Shown piece after piece: positions 23,640 to 32,809 of a stretch of DNA of 64,000 nucleotides. Source of the stretch: Acidimicrobiales bacterium (GTDB lineage Bacteria > Actinomycetota > Acidimicrobiia > Acidimicrobiales > Poriferisodalaceae); NCBI GenBank assembly GCA_041394185.1, contig JAWKIQ010000004.1, positions 322,075 to 386,074 on the forward strand, given 5' to 3'. Numbering within the stretch: the stretch's first letter is position 1; every line of letters starts with the position of its first letter. Position numbers and translations under genes: made by a program. Below the pieces are notes generated by a model that saw nothing but the letters and a program-made list of their open reading frames with translations, was not told the DNA's origin and ran no database searches.

Positions 23640-25867
23640 TGCTGGGCGCACAGGAGCGGCCGTCGCGGTTGGCCGTGTTGACCAGCGGGGGCGACGCCGC
23701 GGGCATGAACCCCGCCGTGCGGGCCGTGGTTCGCACCGCGCTACACCTCGACCTCGAGGTGTTCACCGTGTCGGAGGGGCTGCGCGGCCTGGTCGAGGGA
23801 GGAGACCTGATCCGCCAGGTCGGCTCCAGTGATGTGGGCGGCATCTTGTATCGAGGCGGCACGGTGCTGGGCACAGCGCGCAGCGAGGCCTTCCGCACCA
23901 GGGACGGACGTCGCAGCGCCGCGCTGAATCTGGTGCAGCGAGGGATCGACGCGTTGGTCGTGATCGGCGGTGACGGCAGCCTCACCGGTGCAGACACCTT
24001 CCGTCGAGAGTGGCCCGAACTGCTGAGCGAGTTGGTCGAGCTCGGCGAAATCGAGCCTGCCCAGGCCCAAGCACATCAGCGCCTGTCGCTGGTGGGCATG
24101 GTCGGCTCGATCGACAACGACATGTTCGGCACCGACATGACCATCGGTGCCGACACGGCTCTGCATCGCATCACCGAGGCCATAGACGCAATCCAAAGCA
24201 CGGCGTCGAGCCATCAGCGCACCTTCGTGGTCGAGGTCATGGGCCGCAACTGCGGTTACCTGGCGGTGATGAGCGCGCTGGCCACCGGTGCCAACTTCGT
24301 GCTCATCCCCGAGAGCCCGCCGGAAACCGACGACTGGCGCGAGTCTCTGGCGTGGGCAGTCAAGGGCAGCCGCGAGATCGGTCGCCGCTCGAACATCGTC
24401 ATCGTGGCCGAAGGCGCTCACGACAAACACGGCAACCCCATCACCGCCCAACAGGTCAAGGAGGTGCTCGAGGACCTCCGCGGCGAAGACACCCGGGTCA
24501 CCAGCCTGGGCCATGTGCAGCGCGGCGGTTCGCCCAGCGCCTTCGACCGTTTCCTCAGCACGGTGCTGGGTTACGCAGCCGTTCAGCAACTGGTGGCCGA
24601 TCCGGCCAGCGAACCCCAGATGGTGGGTATCAAGGGCAACGAGATCGTCAGCTCGAACCTGATGGACAACGTCGCAAAGACGAAGTCCGTGGCTTCGGTC
24701 ATCGCCGAGCGCGACTACGAGACAGCGATGGAGATGCGCGGTGGAAGCTTCCGCGACTCGTTCCACATGGTGCGCACGATGGTGCGGTCGCGGCCACACA
24801 CCCCTGCGCCAGGGCAGCGCACCCTGAGGCTCGCCGTTGTGCACGGGGGCGGCCCGGCCCCGGGGATGAACACCGCGGTTCGCGCCGCGGTGAGAGCCGG
24901 GCTGGACATGGGCCACACGGTTATGGGTGTGCGCCGTGGGTTTCGCGGCCTGGCCCGCGGCGACGTCGAAGAGATGGACTGGATGAGCGTGTCCGGCTGG
25001 GTCGGCAGCGGTGGCGCCGAACTGGGTACCAGCCGCTCGGTCGCCACCGCCGACATGCTTGCCGAGGTCGCAGATCAGATCAGGGCTCACCGCATAGACG
25101 GACTGCTGATGGTGGGCGGATGGGCCGGCTATCAGTCGGTGTACGACATGGAGCAGTTGGCCAAGGTCGTGCCGGGGCTGGACGTTCCGGTGGTGTGCGT
25201 GCCGGCATCGATCAACAACGACCTTCCGGCATCAGAGCTGAGCATCGGCACCGACACCGCACTGAACAGCATCGTTTCGGACGTCGACAAGATCAAACAG
25301 TCGGCGGTGGCGTCGCGGCGGACGTTCATAGTCGAGGTGATGGGCCACGACTGTGGCTACCTGGCGCTGATGAGCGGGCTGGCCACAGGAGCCGAGCACG
25401 TCTACCTGCCAGAGGGTGGAATCTCGCTTCGCGACCTCGAGACCGACCTGGCCGAGCTGAAGCGGGGGTTCGAGCACGGCAAGCGTCTGGGCCTGGTGAT
25501 TCGCAGCGAGCACGCCGACGAGGTGTACACGACCGCCTTCATCAAGGCGCTGTTCGAGCGCGAGGGAGAGGGCCTGTTCGACGTTCGCGGAGCGATCCTG
25601 GGGCACGTTCAACAGGGCGGCGACCCGTCGCCGTTCGACCGCATTCAGGCCACCAGGCTCACTTGGGCCAGCATCGAGCACGTCGTGCAACAGGCGCTGG
25701 CCGGCGACACCGCAAGTTCGATGGTGGGGCTCCAGGGCGGCAAGGTCGTCTTCACACCAATGGCCAAGTTCCCGTCGCTGGTGGCACCCGACGTGCATCG
25801 CCCTCGCCAGCAGGCGTGGATGGATCTGCTGCCCGTGGCCGAGGTGATGGGCGGCTCGGTCCACTAG
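23639..25867 (+). CDS. pfk: 6-phosphofructokinase, tandem-duplicated long form
   Basis: Two PFK halves: VLTSGGDAAGMNPAVRAVV...GGDGSLTGA...MVGSIDNDMFGTDMTIGADTALHRI, and from about residue 393 VVHGGGPAPGMNTAVRAAV...VPASINNDLPASELSIGTDTAL. The ATG overlaps the upstream TGA. Confidence 0.88.
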   Translation: MLGAQERPSRLAVLTSGGDAAGMNPAVRAVVRTALHLDLEVFTVSEGLRGLVEGGDLIRQVGSSDVGGILYRGGTVLGTARSEAFRTRDGRRSAALNLVQRGIDALVVIGGDGSLTGADTFRREWPELLSELVELGEIEPAQAQAHQRLSLVGMVGSIDNDMFGTDMTIGADTALHRITEAIDAIQSTASSHQRTFVVEVMGRNCGYLAVMSALATGANFVLIPESPPETDDWRESLAWAVKGSREIGRRSNIVIVAEGAHDKHGNPITAQQVKEVLEDLRGEDTRVTSLGHVQRGGSPSAFDRFLSTVLGYAAVQQLVADPASEPQMVGIKGNEIVSSNLMDNVAKTKSVASVIAERDYETAMEMRGGSFRDSFHMVRTMVRSRPHTPAPGQRTLRLAVVHGGGPAPGMNTAVRAAVRAGLDMGHTVMGVRRGFRGLARGDVEEMDWMSVSGWVGSGGAELGTSRSVATADMLAEVADQIRAHRIDGLLMVGGWAGYQSVYDMEQLAKVVPGLDVPVVCVPASINNDLPASELSIGTDTALNSIVSDVDKIKQSAVASRRTFIVEVMGHDCGYLALMSGLATGAEHVYLPEGGISLRDLETDLAELKRGFEHGKRLGLVIRSEHADEVYTTAFIKALFEREGEGLFDVRGAILGHVQQGGDPSPFDRIQATRLTWASIEHVVQQALAGDTASSMVGLQGGKVVFTPMAKFPSLVAPDVHRPRQQAWMDLLPVAEVMGGSVH

Positions 25868-25881
25868 CGATCCGGCATCGG

Positions 25882-25923
25882 TTGCCATACAAGTATGGCC
25901 TAACTACCATCTTTGTATGGCAA
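25882..25923. promoter_or_regulatory. candidate VapB operator: TTGCCATACAA ... TTGTATGGCAA inverted repeat with an internal GTATGGC half-site
   Basis: 11-bp perfect inverted repeat with arms at 25882-25892 and 25913-25923. The right arm contains the vapB ATG. Confidence 0.45.
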
Positions 25924-26162
25924 GCAAGACCACGATCAACTTCGACGACGAGATGGAAGAAGCTCTCGCCGAGCTCGTCGCCATCGATGGCACGAAGAAA
26001 CTCGCCATCAAGCGGTCGCTGTTGGCCGAGGTGAAACGGCGGCGCCGCAGCCAGGCCATGCTGGACCTGATCGCTTCGTGGGAGTCGCAGGAAGGCCCAA
26101 TCGATCAGGCGCATCTCGACTGGGCCGACGAGGTCCTCGATCGCCAGGGTGTCGGCCGTTGA
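25917..26162 (+). CDS. vapB: type II antitoxin, VapB-like
   Basis: The N-terminus TTINFDDEMEEALAEL resembles VapB/DUF2191-type antitoxins. The stop overlaps the downstream PIN gene start (TTGA). Confidence 0.7.
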   Translation: MASKTTINFDDEMEEALAELVAIDGTKKLAIKRSLLAEVKRRRRSQAMLDLIASWESQEGPIDQAHLDWADEVLDRQGVGR

Positions 26163-26512
26163 TCGTCGACGCCGGGCCGTTCATCGTCGATGGCCAAAAA
26201 CTGAACTCGCGATTGTGGGCGCTCATCAAGCGGGCAGTCGAACGCGGTGAGGAGCTCCACACCACTCACCCGGTGCTGGCCCAGGTTTGGCGCGATCCCG
26301 CCAGGCAGGCCAACCTCGCCCGCGCTGTTCGGTACTTCGAGGTACATGCGCTGGACGAGGCTGTGTCGGTAGGACGCAAGCTGGCTCGTAGCGGCGCAAG
26401 CGACGTCGTCGATGCCCATCTGGTGGTTGTGGCCGAGCAGTTGGGCACGTTCATCTTGACCAGCGACCCCACCGATATGACTGCCCTTGGCGCACGCTTC
26501 GAGGCCTACTGA
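26159..26512 (+). CDS. vapC: PIN-domain toxin, VapC-like
   Basis: TTG start. (M)IVDAGPFIV carries the N-terminal acidic Asp, and later DVVDAHLVVVAE and LTSDPTD are PIN-like acidic positions. Confidence 0.65.
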   Translation: MIVDAGPFIVDGQKLNSRLWALIKRAVERGEELHTTHPVLAQVWRDPARQANLARAVRYFEVHALDEAVSVGRKLARSGASDVVDAHLVVVAEQLGTFILTSDPTDMTALGARFEAY

Positions 26513-26563
26513 TCAAGGTCGCGCCGATCGCTCTCGACGCCGTGAAGACCGTGTCGGTCTCGG

Positions 26564-26592
26564 GGTGAAAAACGTCCCCGCGGGGACGTTTT
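26564..26592. terminator. bidirectional hairpin terminator, palindromic element copy 2 (perfect)
   Basis: AAAACGTCCCCG/CGGGGACGTTTT is a 24-nt perfect palindrome flanked by A and T runs. It lies between the convergent genes ending at 26512 and 26599. Confidence 0.6.
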
Positions 26593-26598
26593 GGCGCC

Positions 26599-27600
26599 TC
26601 AATAGTCGGAGTCGGTGGCCTCTTGGTCGGGGTGCAGCACCGACCGCACCCGCTGGGCTGCGGTCTGGGCTCGCCACGATCGCACCTTGATGCCGTTGCG
26701 ATAGCGGTCGCCCACCATGCGGTTGGTGGCGTCGCGGAACTTCTCGACGATGGCCCTGGTGTCGGCGCGGCTGTCGGTGACTCGAACCGGGTCGAACAGC
26801 TCGAACTGAAGATCGGCAGGCACCACCGACCCGTCGGGTTGGAAGGTCGGGCAGTCGATGCAGATCGGCACCACCTTGACGTTCGGGGCGACGTATCCCT
26901 CGAGGGTGCGACGGTTGGGCTCGTGTATGTAGAGCGTGCTGCCGTTCTTCGACGTCGTGTTGTGTCTGGCGACCAGGGACATCACCGTCACCGACCCCGG
27001 GGTGTCACGAACCGCCTCCAGCACCTTCAGGCCGGTGTTGTTCTTGCGGCGCCGGTATTCGCGCAGGGCCTCACTGGGCGATCCGTCCAGGCGGGGCACC
27101 GTCTGCACCACACCACTGATGTGGCTCAGCGTTCGGATGATCTCGTAGGGCCCGTAGCCGATGTCGAGGCTCATCAGGCTGATCATCTCGCTGACCACCT
27201 GGACGGTGGTGTGTCGGCTTCCGAAACCCATGCGGCCGATGGTCTCGGCCACCACGGGAACGTCGGTGAACTGCCCGTGATCGGTGACGATCAGCACCGA
27301 CTCGCCACTGTCGACCCAGCCGCGCAGGCCGTGTTTGGAGGCGTAAGAGTCGAGCTGGTTCTGCAGGCGTTCATGGCTTTCGCGGGTCAAGATCACATCG
27401 ACCAGGGTTTGGTCGACGCTGCGCGAGGGGTCGTGCTGGTGCAACGTCTGGGCCATGTCGAAACGGGCGTCGTCGAAATCGCGAACCTGGAACGCGGCGA
27501 ACCGTTTGCCCAACGTGTCGCGGTAGATGTCGTACATCTCGCGTTCGGGCAGGCCGTCGAGCCAGTGTTTGGTGTGATCGATTTCCGGGGGGAGATTCAT
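26599..27600 (-). CDS. conserved hypothetical protein, possible acyltransferase (HX4D)
   Basis: 333-aa ORF with good coding character. LIVTDHGQFTD contains an H-x4-D as in PlsC/GPAT-type acyltransferases, but I could not recognise the other motifs. Confidence 0.4.
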   Translation of the reverse strand: MNLPPEIDHTKHWLDGLPEREMYDIYRDTLGKRFAAFQVRDFDDARFDMAQTLHQHDPSRSVDQTLVDVILTRESHERLQNQLDSYASKHGLRGWVDSGESVLIVTDHGQFTDVPVVAETIGRMGFGSRHTTVQVVSEMISLMSLDIGYGPYEIIRTLSHISGVVQTVPRLDGSPSEALREYRRRKNNTGLKVLEAVRDTPGSVTVMSLVARHNTTSKNGSTLYIHEPNRRTLEGYVAPNVKVVPICIDCPTFQPDGSVVPADLQFELFDPVRVTDSRADTRAIVEKFRDATNRMVGDRYRNGIKVRSWRAQTAAQRVRSVLHPDQEATDSDY

Positions 27601-27679
27601 CGCCCGGACACGCTAATGGCCGCGCGCCGACGGGGGTTACGTGGCCGCCGCTCAGACGAACTCGGTGGGCGTGGTCGCC

Positions 27680-29182
27680 CTAGGACAGGTCGTTCTCGAG
27701 CCGCCGACGCAATTCGCGTTTGAGAACCTTGCCGTAGTTGCTGGTGGGCAGGCTGTCGACGAAGAAGTACTGCTTGGGTCGCTTGTAGCGGGCGATTCTG
27801 TCCAAGCAGATCTGATCCAGATCGTCGGTCGTAGGGGCCGATGCGGGATCCGTGGCCACAATGAACGCCACCACCGATTCTCCCCACTCGGGGTCGGGGC
27901 GACCCACCACGCAAGCTGCAGCGACGCCGTCGTGGCGCAGCAAGGCTTCCTCTACTTCGCGCGGGTAGATGTTCATCCCGCCGCTGATGATGAGATCTTT
28001 GGACCTGTCGCGCAGGGTCAGGTATCCCTCGACGTCGAAGCTTCCTACATCGCCGGTGTGCAACCATCCGTCGCGGAGGGTCTCGGCTGTTGCCTCGGGC
28101 TGCTGCCAATACCCGGCCATCACGACATCGCCTCGTACGACGATCTCACCGACTTCCCCAGCCGGCAGGGGAGTGCCGTCGTCGTCGACCACACGCACCT
28201 CGATATCGGTGCGGGCCACGCCAACGCTCTGCAGACGATCGCGCCAGCGGGGATCGTCTCGATCGGCGTGGTCGTCCTTCGACAGGGCCGTGATGGTCAT
28301 CGGCGTCTCGCCTTGGCCGTAGATCTGGGCGAGTTTGGGCCCGAACACCTCGAGCGCGATTTCAAGGTCGGCCAGGTACATCGGCGCCCCGCCGTAGATG
28401 ATGGTCTTCAGCCCCGTGAGGTCGGCGTCCAGGATCGCCGGGTCGGTCGTCAGTCGCTTGATCATCGTCGGCGCCGCGAAGAACGAGACGCCGGACCAAC
28501 GTGCCAACACTGTTGCTATCTCGGCGCCGTCGACCCCGCCCGAGGCCGGCGTGATGCTGACCGCTCCGCGGGCGATGTGGGGCAACCCGTACAGGCCCGA
28601 GCCGTGGGAGATGGGGGCTGCATGAAGCACGGCATCTCGGTGGCTTATCGGATCGATGTCGGCGAAATAGCTGAGCGACATCATGAGCAGGTTGCGATGG
28701 GTCAACGTCGCGCCCTTGGGTCGGCCCGTGGTGCCGCTGGTGTAGAACAGCCAAGCGGCATCGGTGGGAAGACGCTCGACCAGCTCGATCGGTTCGGCAC
28801 CGGCGAGGTCGTCCCACTGCGGGCCAGGGGCTACCACGCTCGACCCGTCGGCATGCTCCTCGTCGGCTACGGCCACGCGGGCACCGCTCTGTTCGAGAAT
28901 GAAGGCGACCTCGTCGGGGTGCAGGCGGGCGTTCACGGGCACGGCAACCAGTCCGGCATGCCAGATGGCGAACAGCGCCTCGAGGTACTCGGGCCGGTTG
29001 CTCATGACGATGGCGACTCGATCGCCGGTCTGCAGACCGAGCTGGGTGCATAGACCGCCCGCGATGCGCGCGACGCGGGTCGCGAACTGAGCCCAGGTGG
29101 CGTGAACCTCCTCGCCGACGGCCAGTGCAGGCCCGTCGGGATAGCGCACACCATTGCGAATGACCCACGTGGCTAGATTCAT
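27680..29182 (-). CDS. AMP-dependent acyl-CoA synthetase/ligase
   Basis: FYTSGTTGRPKGA, YGQGETP, GDVG..DVEGYLTLRDRSKD and the GGMNIYP motif. ATG at 29182 (MNLATWV). Confidence 0.88.
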   Translation of the reverse strand: MNLATWVIRNGVRYPDGPALAVGEEVHATWAQFATRVARIAGGLCTQLGLQTGDRVAIVMSNRPEYLEALFAIWHAGLVAVPVNARLHPDEVAFILEQSGARVAVADEEHADGSSVVAPGPQWDDLAGAEPIELVERLPTDAAWLFYTSGTTGRPKGATLTHRNLLMMSLSYFADIDPISHRDAVLHAAPISHGSGLYGLPHIARGAVSITPASGGVDGAEIATVLARWSGVSFFAAPTMIKRLTTDPAILDADLTGLKTIIYGGAPMYLADLEIALEVFGPKLAQIYGQGETPMTITALSKDDHADRDDPRWRDRLQSVGVARTDIEVRVVDDDGTPLPAGEVGEIVVRGDVVMAGYWQQPEATAETLRDGWLHTGDVGSFDVEGYLTLRDRSKDLIISGGMNIYPREVEEALLRHDGVAAACVVGRPDPEWGESVVAFIVATDPASAPTTDDLDQICLDRIARYKRPKQYFFVDSLPTSNYGKVLKRELRRRLENDLS

Positions 29183-29214
29183 GAGACGACCCTCGAAACT
29201 GTCGATTCCATGAG

Positions 29215-29664
29215 ATGAACTTCTCCTCAGAACAGGCGCTCGACCGCCTCGCATCCAACGAACATGGCGTCTTGGCCACACTCCACCCGACCCGTGGGGT
29301 CGACCTGGTGCCGGTGGTCTATACCGTGGTCGACGGTCACGTATGCGTGCCAGTCGACCGGGTCAAGCCCAAGGCATCCGAGCGGCTGCAGCGCGAACGC
29401 AACCTCGAGCTCGATCCCGCCGCCACCCTGTTGATCGAACATTGGGACCGCACCGACTGGTCGGCGCTTTGGTGGGTGCGAGCCCAGCTGCGATGGATCG
29501 ACCATTCGCAGCCGGGCTCTTGGGTCGAGGTTGCCAACCGGGCGGTCGAGCAGCTCGCCGACCGCTTCGCCCAATACCGCGAACCCCATCACAACGAACC
29601 ACCGCTGGCCCGCATCCTGGTGTTCGACATCGAGGCAGCAGCCGGGTGGGCTGCCCAGTCCTGA
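29215..29664 (+). CDS. PPOX-class (pyridoxamine 5'-phosphate oxidase-like) F420-dependent oxidoreductase
   Basis: HGVLATLHPTRGVDLVPVVY...WWVRAQL resembles the Rv0121-type family. Confidence 0.65.
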   Translation: MNFSSEQALDRLASNEHGVLATLHPTRGVDLVPVVYTVVDGHVCVPVDRVKPKASERLQRERNLELDPAATLLIEHWDRTDWSALWWVRAQLRWIDHSQPGSWVEVANRAVEQLADRFAQYREPHHNEPPLARILVFDIEAAAGWAAQS

Positions 29665-30666
29665 TCAGGCGGCGTTGACCGCAGGCAGGATCTCGTCGTT
29701 CAGCACCCTCAGATCGTCGAGAGTCTTGGCAGTCGGGACATCGGCGAACGGCGGCCAGATGAGCGGCATGGTCAGGCCGACCTTTTTCAACTCGATGAGG
29801 TTCTCGGTGATCTGTTCCTGGGTGCCCACCAGGATGTTGCTGACCTTGCCGTTGTCGGTCTGGTCGGACGGCTCGTCGGTGATGGCGAACCAGTACATGC
29901 TGCAGAGCTCGAGGTTGTCGAGGGCGTCGGGCTTGTCGAGCTTCTCGAGCTCGGCCTGAATCGGCCCGCGCCACTCGGCCAGCTCGCTCGGGGTGTCCTG
30001 GATGCCGATCCAGCCAGACAGGTTGTACTTGGCGATGCGGTTGGCCGACCGCTTTGGGTCGCGCAGGCCGCTGAAGAAGATGGGTGGGTGGGGATCTTGC
30101 AGCGGCTGGTGGCCAAACCCGCACGACTCGAAGTCGGCGAACTCGCCGTGATACTCGAACAACTCGTTGGTCCAGATGCCCTGGCAGATCTCGATGGTCT
30201 CTCGCACGTGGCTGTGGCGCCGCGGGAATATGTGGGCTGCGCTTGCGGCGGCGAACTCTTCGGGCATCCAGCCCGCGCCGATGCCCACGTTGACCCTTCC
30301 ACCAGACAGGTGATCGACCGTGGCGATCTCGGCGGCGAATACGCCAGGCGAGCGGTAGGGCGTGTCGGTGATGCTCATGCCGATGCGGCACTTGGAAGTC
30401 TTGGCGGCCAGCCACGGAATGAGCGGCCACCCCTGGAACCACTTGCCCCTGGCCGAAACGGGAAGCTGCGGCGGGAACTCCTTCATCATGCCGAACGGGT
30501 ACTGCAGCTGGCCGCGATCGGATGCCTCGGGCACGACGATGCGGTCGAGTGTCCAGATCGAGTCGAACTCGAGCTCTTCGGCCAGCTCGGTGAGGTCTTC
30601 CAGCTCCTTGACAGTGACGTGATCGCGGAAGTTCGGCAGGTACAGAGCCAGTTTCATGTCGGTCAT
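29665..30666 (-). CDS. LLM-class luciferase-like oxidoreductase
   Basis: MTDMKLALYLPNF...FDSIWTLDRIVVP...GGRVNVGIGAGW. ATG at 30666. Confidence 0.75.
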   Translation of the reverse strand: MTDMKLALYLPNFRDHVTVKELEDLTELAEELEFDSIWTLDRIVVPEASDRGQLQYPFGMMKEFPPQLPVSARGKWFQGWPLIPWLAAKTSKCRIGMSITDTPYRSPGVFAAEIATVDHLSGGRVNVGIGAGWMPEEFAAASAAHIFPRRHSHVRETIEICQGIWTNELFEYHGEFADFESCGFGHQPLQDPHPPIFFSGLRDPKRSANRIAKYNLSGWIGIQDTPSELAEWRGPIQAELEKLDKPDALDNLELCSMYWFAITDEPSDQTDNGKVSNILVGTQEQITENLIELKKVGLTMPLIWPPFADVPTAKTLDDLRVLNDEILPAVNAA

Positions 30667-30816
30667 GTGATTCCCCGGTGTTCTCCTCCAGGCCCCCTTG
30701 ACCCGGATCGACGGTGTGCCAAAGGGCACATTTGCGACCGTACGGATCGAGACTCGGCGGTCGAACAACGGTTTCTCAACAGTTGCTCAACGGCTGGGCC
30801 GACTAGCCTTTTGCAC

Positions 30817-31548
30817 GTGGGGGGATCGCACAACGACCTTGGTCGGCGGGTGTTGGTCGTCGACGACGACGAGGGCGTCCGCACCGGCGTCACCTGGGCT
30901 CTCGAGACCGAAGGTTTCACGGTCGAGGCCGTACAGGACGGCATCAGCGCCTTGGAGGCGATCCAGTCGAACGCGCCGTCCCTGGTGGTTCTCGACCTGT
31001 CGCTGCCGGGAATCGGGGGTCTCGACATCCTCCGGCGGGTGCGCCAGGGCGAAGAGCGCGACGGTGGTTACCGTCTGCCGATCATCGTGCTGTCAGGCCG
31101 AGACGGTGAGACCGACCGCATAGTGGGGCTCGACATGGGAGCCGACGACTATCTGGTGAAACCGTTCTCGCCAGGAGAGTTGGCCGCTCGGGCCCGGTCG
31201 GTGTTGAGGCGCAGCAGCGCCTACGGGCCCTCACGGTCTGCGCCGTTTGTGCCCAAGGGTACGGGGGTCGAGATCGACTCGGTGTCACGTGAAGTATGGG
31301 TCGATGGCCAACCCGTCGATCTCGCTGCCAAGGAGTTCGAGCTGCTGGCCTATTTTGTCCAGCACCCCCGACGGGCGTGCTCTCGCGAAGAGCTTTTGGC
31401 TGCCGTGTGGTCAAGCAGCGAGGGTTGGCAGACGCCTGCGACGATTACCGAGCACGTGTACCGCCTGCGCCAGAAGCTGGAAGCCGACCCCAGCAGGCCG
31501 CTGCGGCTACGGACGGTGCGCGCGGTGGGATACAGGTGGGAGGGATGA
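30817..31548 (+). CDS. OmpR-family response regulator
   Basis: Receiver domain: VLVVDDDEG...VVLDLSLPG...DDYLVKPF. Winged helix: LLAYFVQHP...RTVRAVGYRW. Start is GTG 30817 or TTG 30811. Confidence 0.88.
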   Translation: MGGSHNDLGRRVLVVDDDEGVRTGVTWALETEGFTVEAVQDGISALEAIQSNAPSLVVLDLSLPGIGGLDILRRVRQGEERDGGYRLPIIVLSGRDGETDRIVGLDMGADDYLVKPFSPGELAARARSVLRRSSAYGPSRSAPFVPKGTGVEIDSVSREVWVDGQPVDLAAKEFELLAYFVQHPRRACSREELLAAVWSSSEGWQTPATITEHVYRLRQKLEADPSRPLRLRTVRAVGYRWEG

Positions 31549-32795
31549 CGGTGCTTTCGGGTGACGAGGCTGCGGCGGTGCTCGATCACCAGTCGTCGGT
31601 GATGGAACAGCTGGCGGCCGGCGCGTCGCTGGACGTCGTGCTCGAAGGCATCGTCGTGGCGCTCGAAGCGCTGATCGTCGGCAGCAGGTGCTCGGTGTTG
31701 CTCCTGGACGGACACGGCGTGCTGAGGCACGGCGCGGCGCCCACATTGCCGGCCGCCTACTCCGAGGCGATCGACGGACTGGCACCAGGCCCGCTTGCGG
31801 GTTCCTGTGGCACCGCCGTGCACTATGGCCGCCAGGTGGTTGCCAGCGACGTCGCAACCGATCCGCGCTGGCAACAGTTCCGCGACCTCGCGGTACAGCA
31901 CGACATCGGCGCATGCTGGTCGAGCCCCATCCGGTCACAGTCGAGGATCGTCGGCACCTTCGCCGTGTACGACCGTAGGCCTCACGAACCCGACGACCGC
32001 GAGCGCGAGTTGGTGCGTCGCTTCACTCACCTGGCCTCGATCGCCGTTGCCCACGACGGTGCGATGCGCGAACGCGAGGCGCGTCACAGAGCCGAAGTGG
32101 CCCGCGAGTCTGCCGAGCGAGCGAACCACGCAAAATCGCAGTTTGTCACCGCGCTCAGCCACGAGCTGCGAACGCCGCTGCAGTCGATAACCGGATTCAC
32201 CGAGAGTCTGAAGACCCTCGACCTGTCGCCCGACCGAAGGCACAAGGCGCTTGACGGCATCTCGAAGGCCTCGGCCCACATCTTGTCGATCGTCGACGAT
32301 GTTCTCGACCTGGCCCGGGTCGAGGCCGGTGCTATGCCCTTGACGCTGGAGCCGCTGGACGCGGCATCTGTGGTCGCGACCACCGTCGAACTGACCCAGC
32401 CGCTTGCCGCCGAGCGGGGACTGGTCATAGAAGCGACCGGGCCTGTGCTGGCGGTATCGGCCGATCGTCGCCGCCTGCAGCAGGTGCTATTGAACCTGGT
32501 GTCGAACGCGCTGCGCTTTTCGGCCGCCGGCACCCGCGTAGTGGTCAGCACCGACGAGTCACAAGGTCGGGCGCAGGTGCACGTCGTCGACGAGGGCCCT
32601 GGCATTCCCGCCGAGCTACTGCAACGGCTATTCGTGCCTTTCGATCGGTTAGGGGCCGACGCCGGTCGCGAGGGCGGCGCCGGGCTGGGACTGGTGCTGT
32701 CGCGCCGTCTGGTCGAGGCGATGGGCGGTTCGCTCGACCTGCGCAGCGCGGTTGGGGTGGGAACCCACGTTACGGTCACCCTCGTGCCAGCCTGA
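31545..32795 (+). CDS. cytoplasmic GAF-domain sensor histidine kinase
   Basis: The ATG overlaps the regulator's TGA. A GAF-like N-terminus is followed by the H box FVTALSHELRTPL and N/G boxes (LLNLVSNALRF, DEGPGIP, GAGLGL). I saw no TM segments. Confidence 0.85.
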   Translation: MTVLSGDEAAAVLDHQSSVMEQLAAGASLDVVLEGIVVALEALIVGSRCSVLLLDGHGVLRHGAAPTLPAAYSEAIDGLAPGPLAGSCGTAVHYGRQVVASDVATDPRWQQFRDLAVQHDIGACWSSPIRSQSRIVGTFAVYDRRPHEPDDRERELVRRFTHLASIAVAHDGAMREREARHRAEVARESAERANHAKSQFVTALSHELRTPLQSITGFTESLKTLDLSPDRRHKALDGISKASAHILSIVDDVLDLARVEAGAMPLTLEPLDAASVVATTVELTQPLAAERGLVIEATGPVLAVSADRRRLQQVLLNLVSNALRFSAAGTRVVVSTDESQGRAQVHVVDEGPGIPAELLQRLFVPFDRLGADAGREGGAGLGLVLSRRLVEAMGGSLDLRSAVGVGTHVTVTLVPA

Positions 32796-32809
32796 ACTGC
32801 GGCCGCCGC

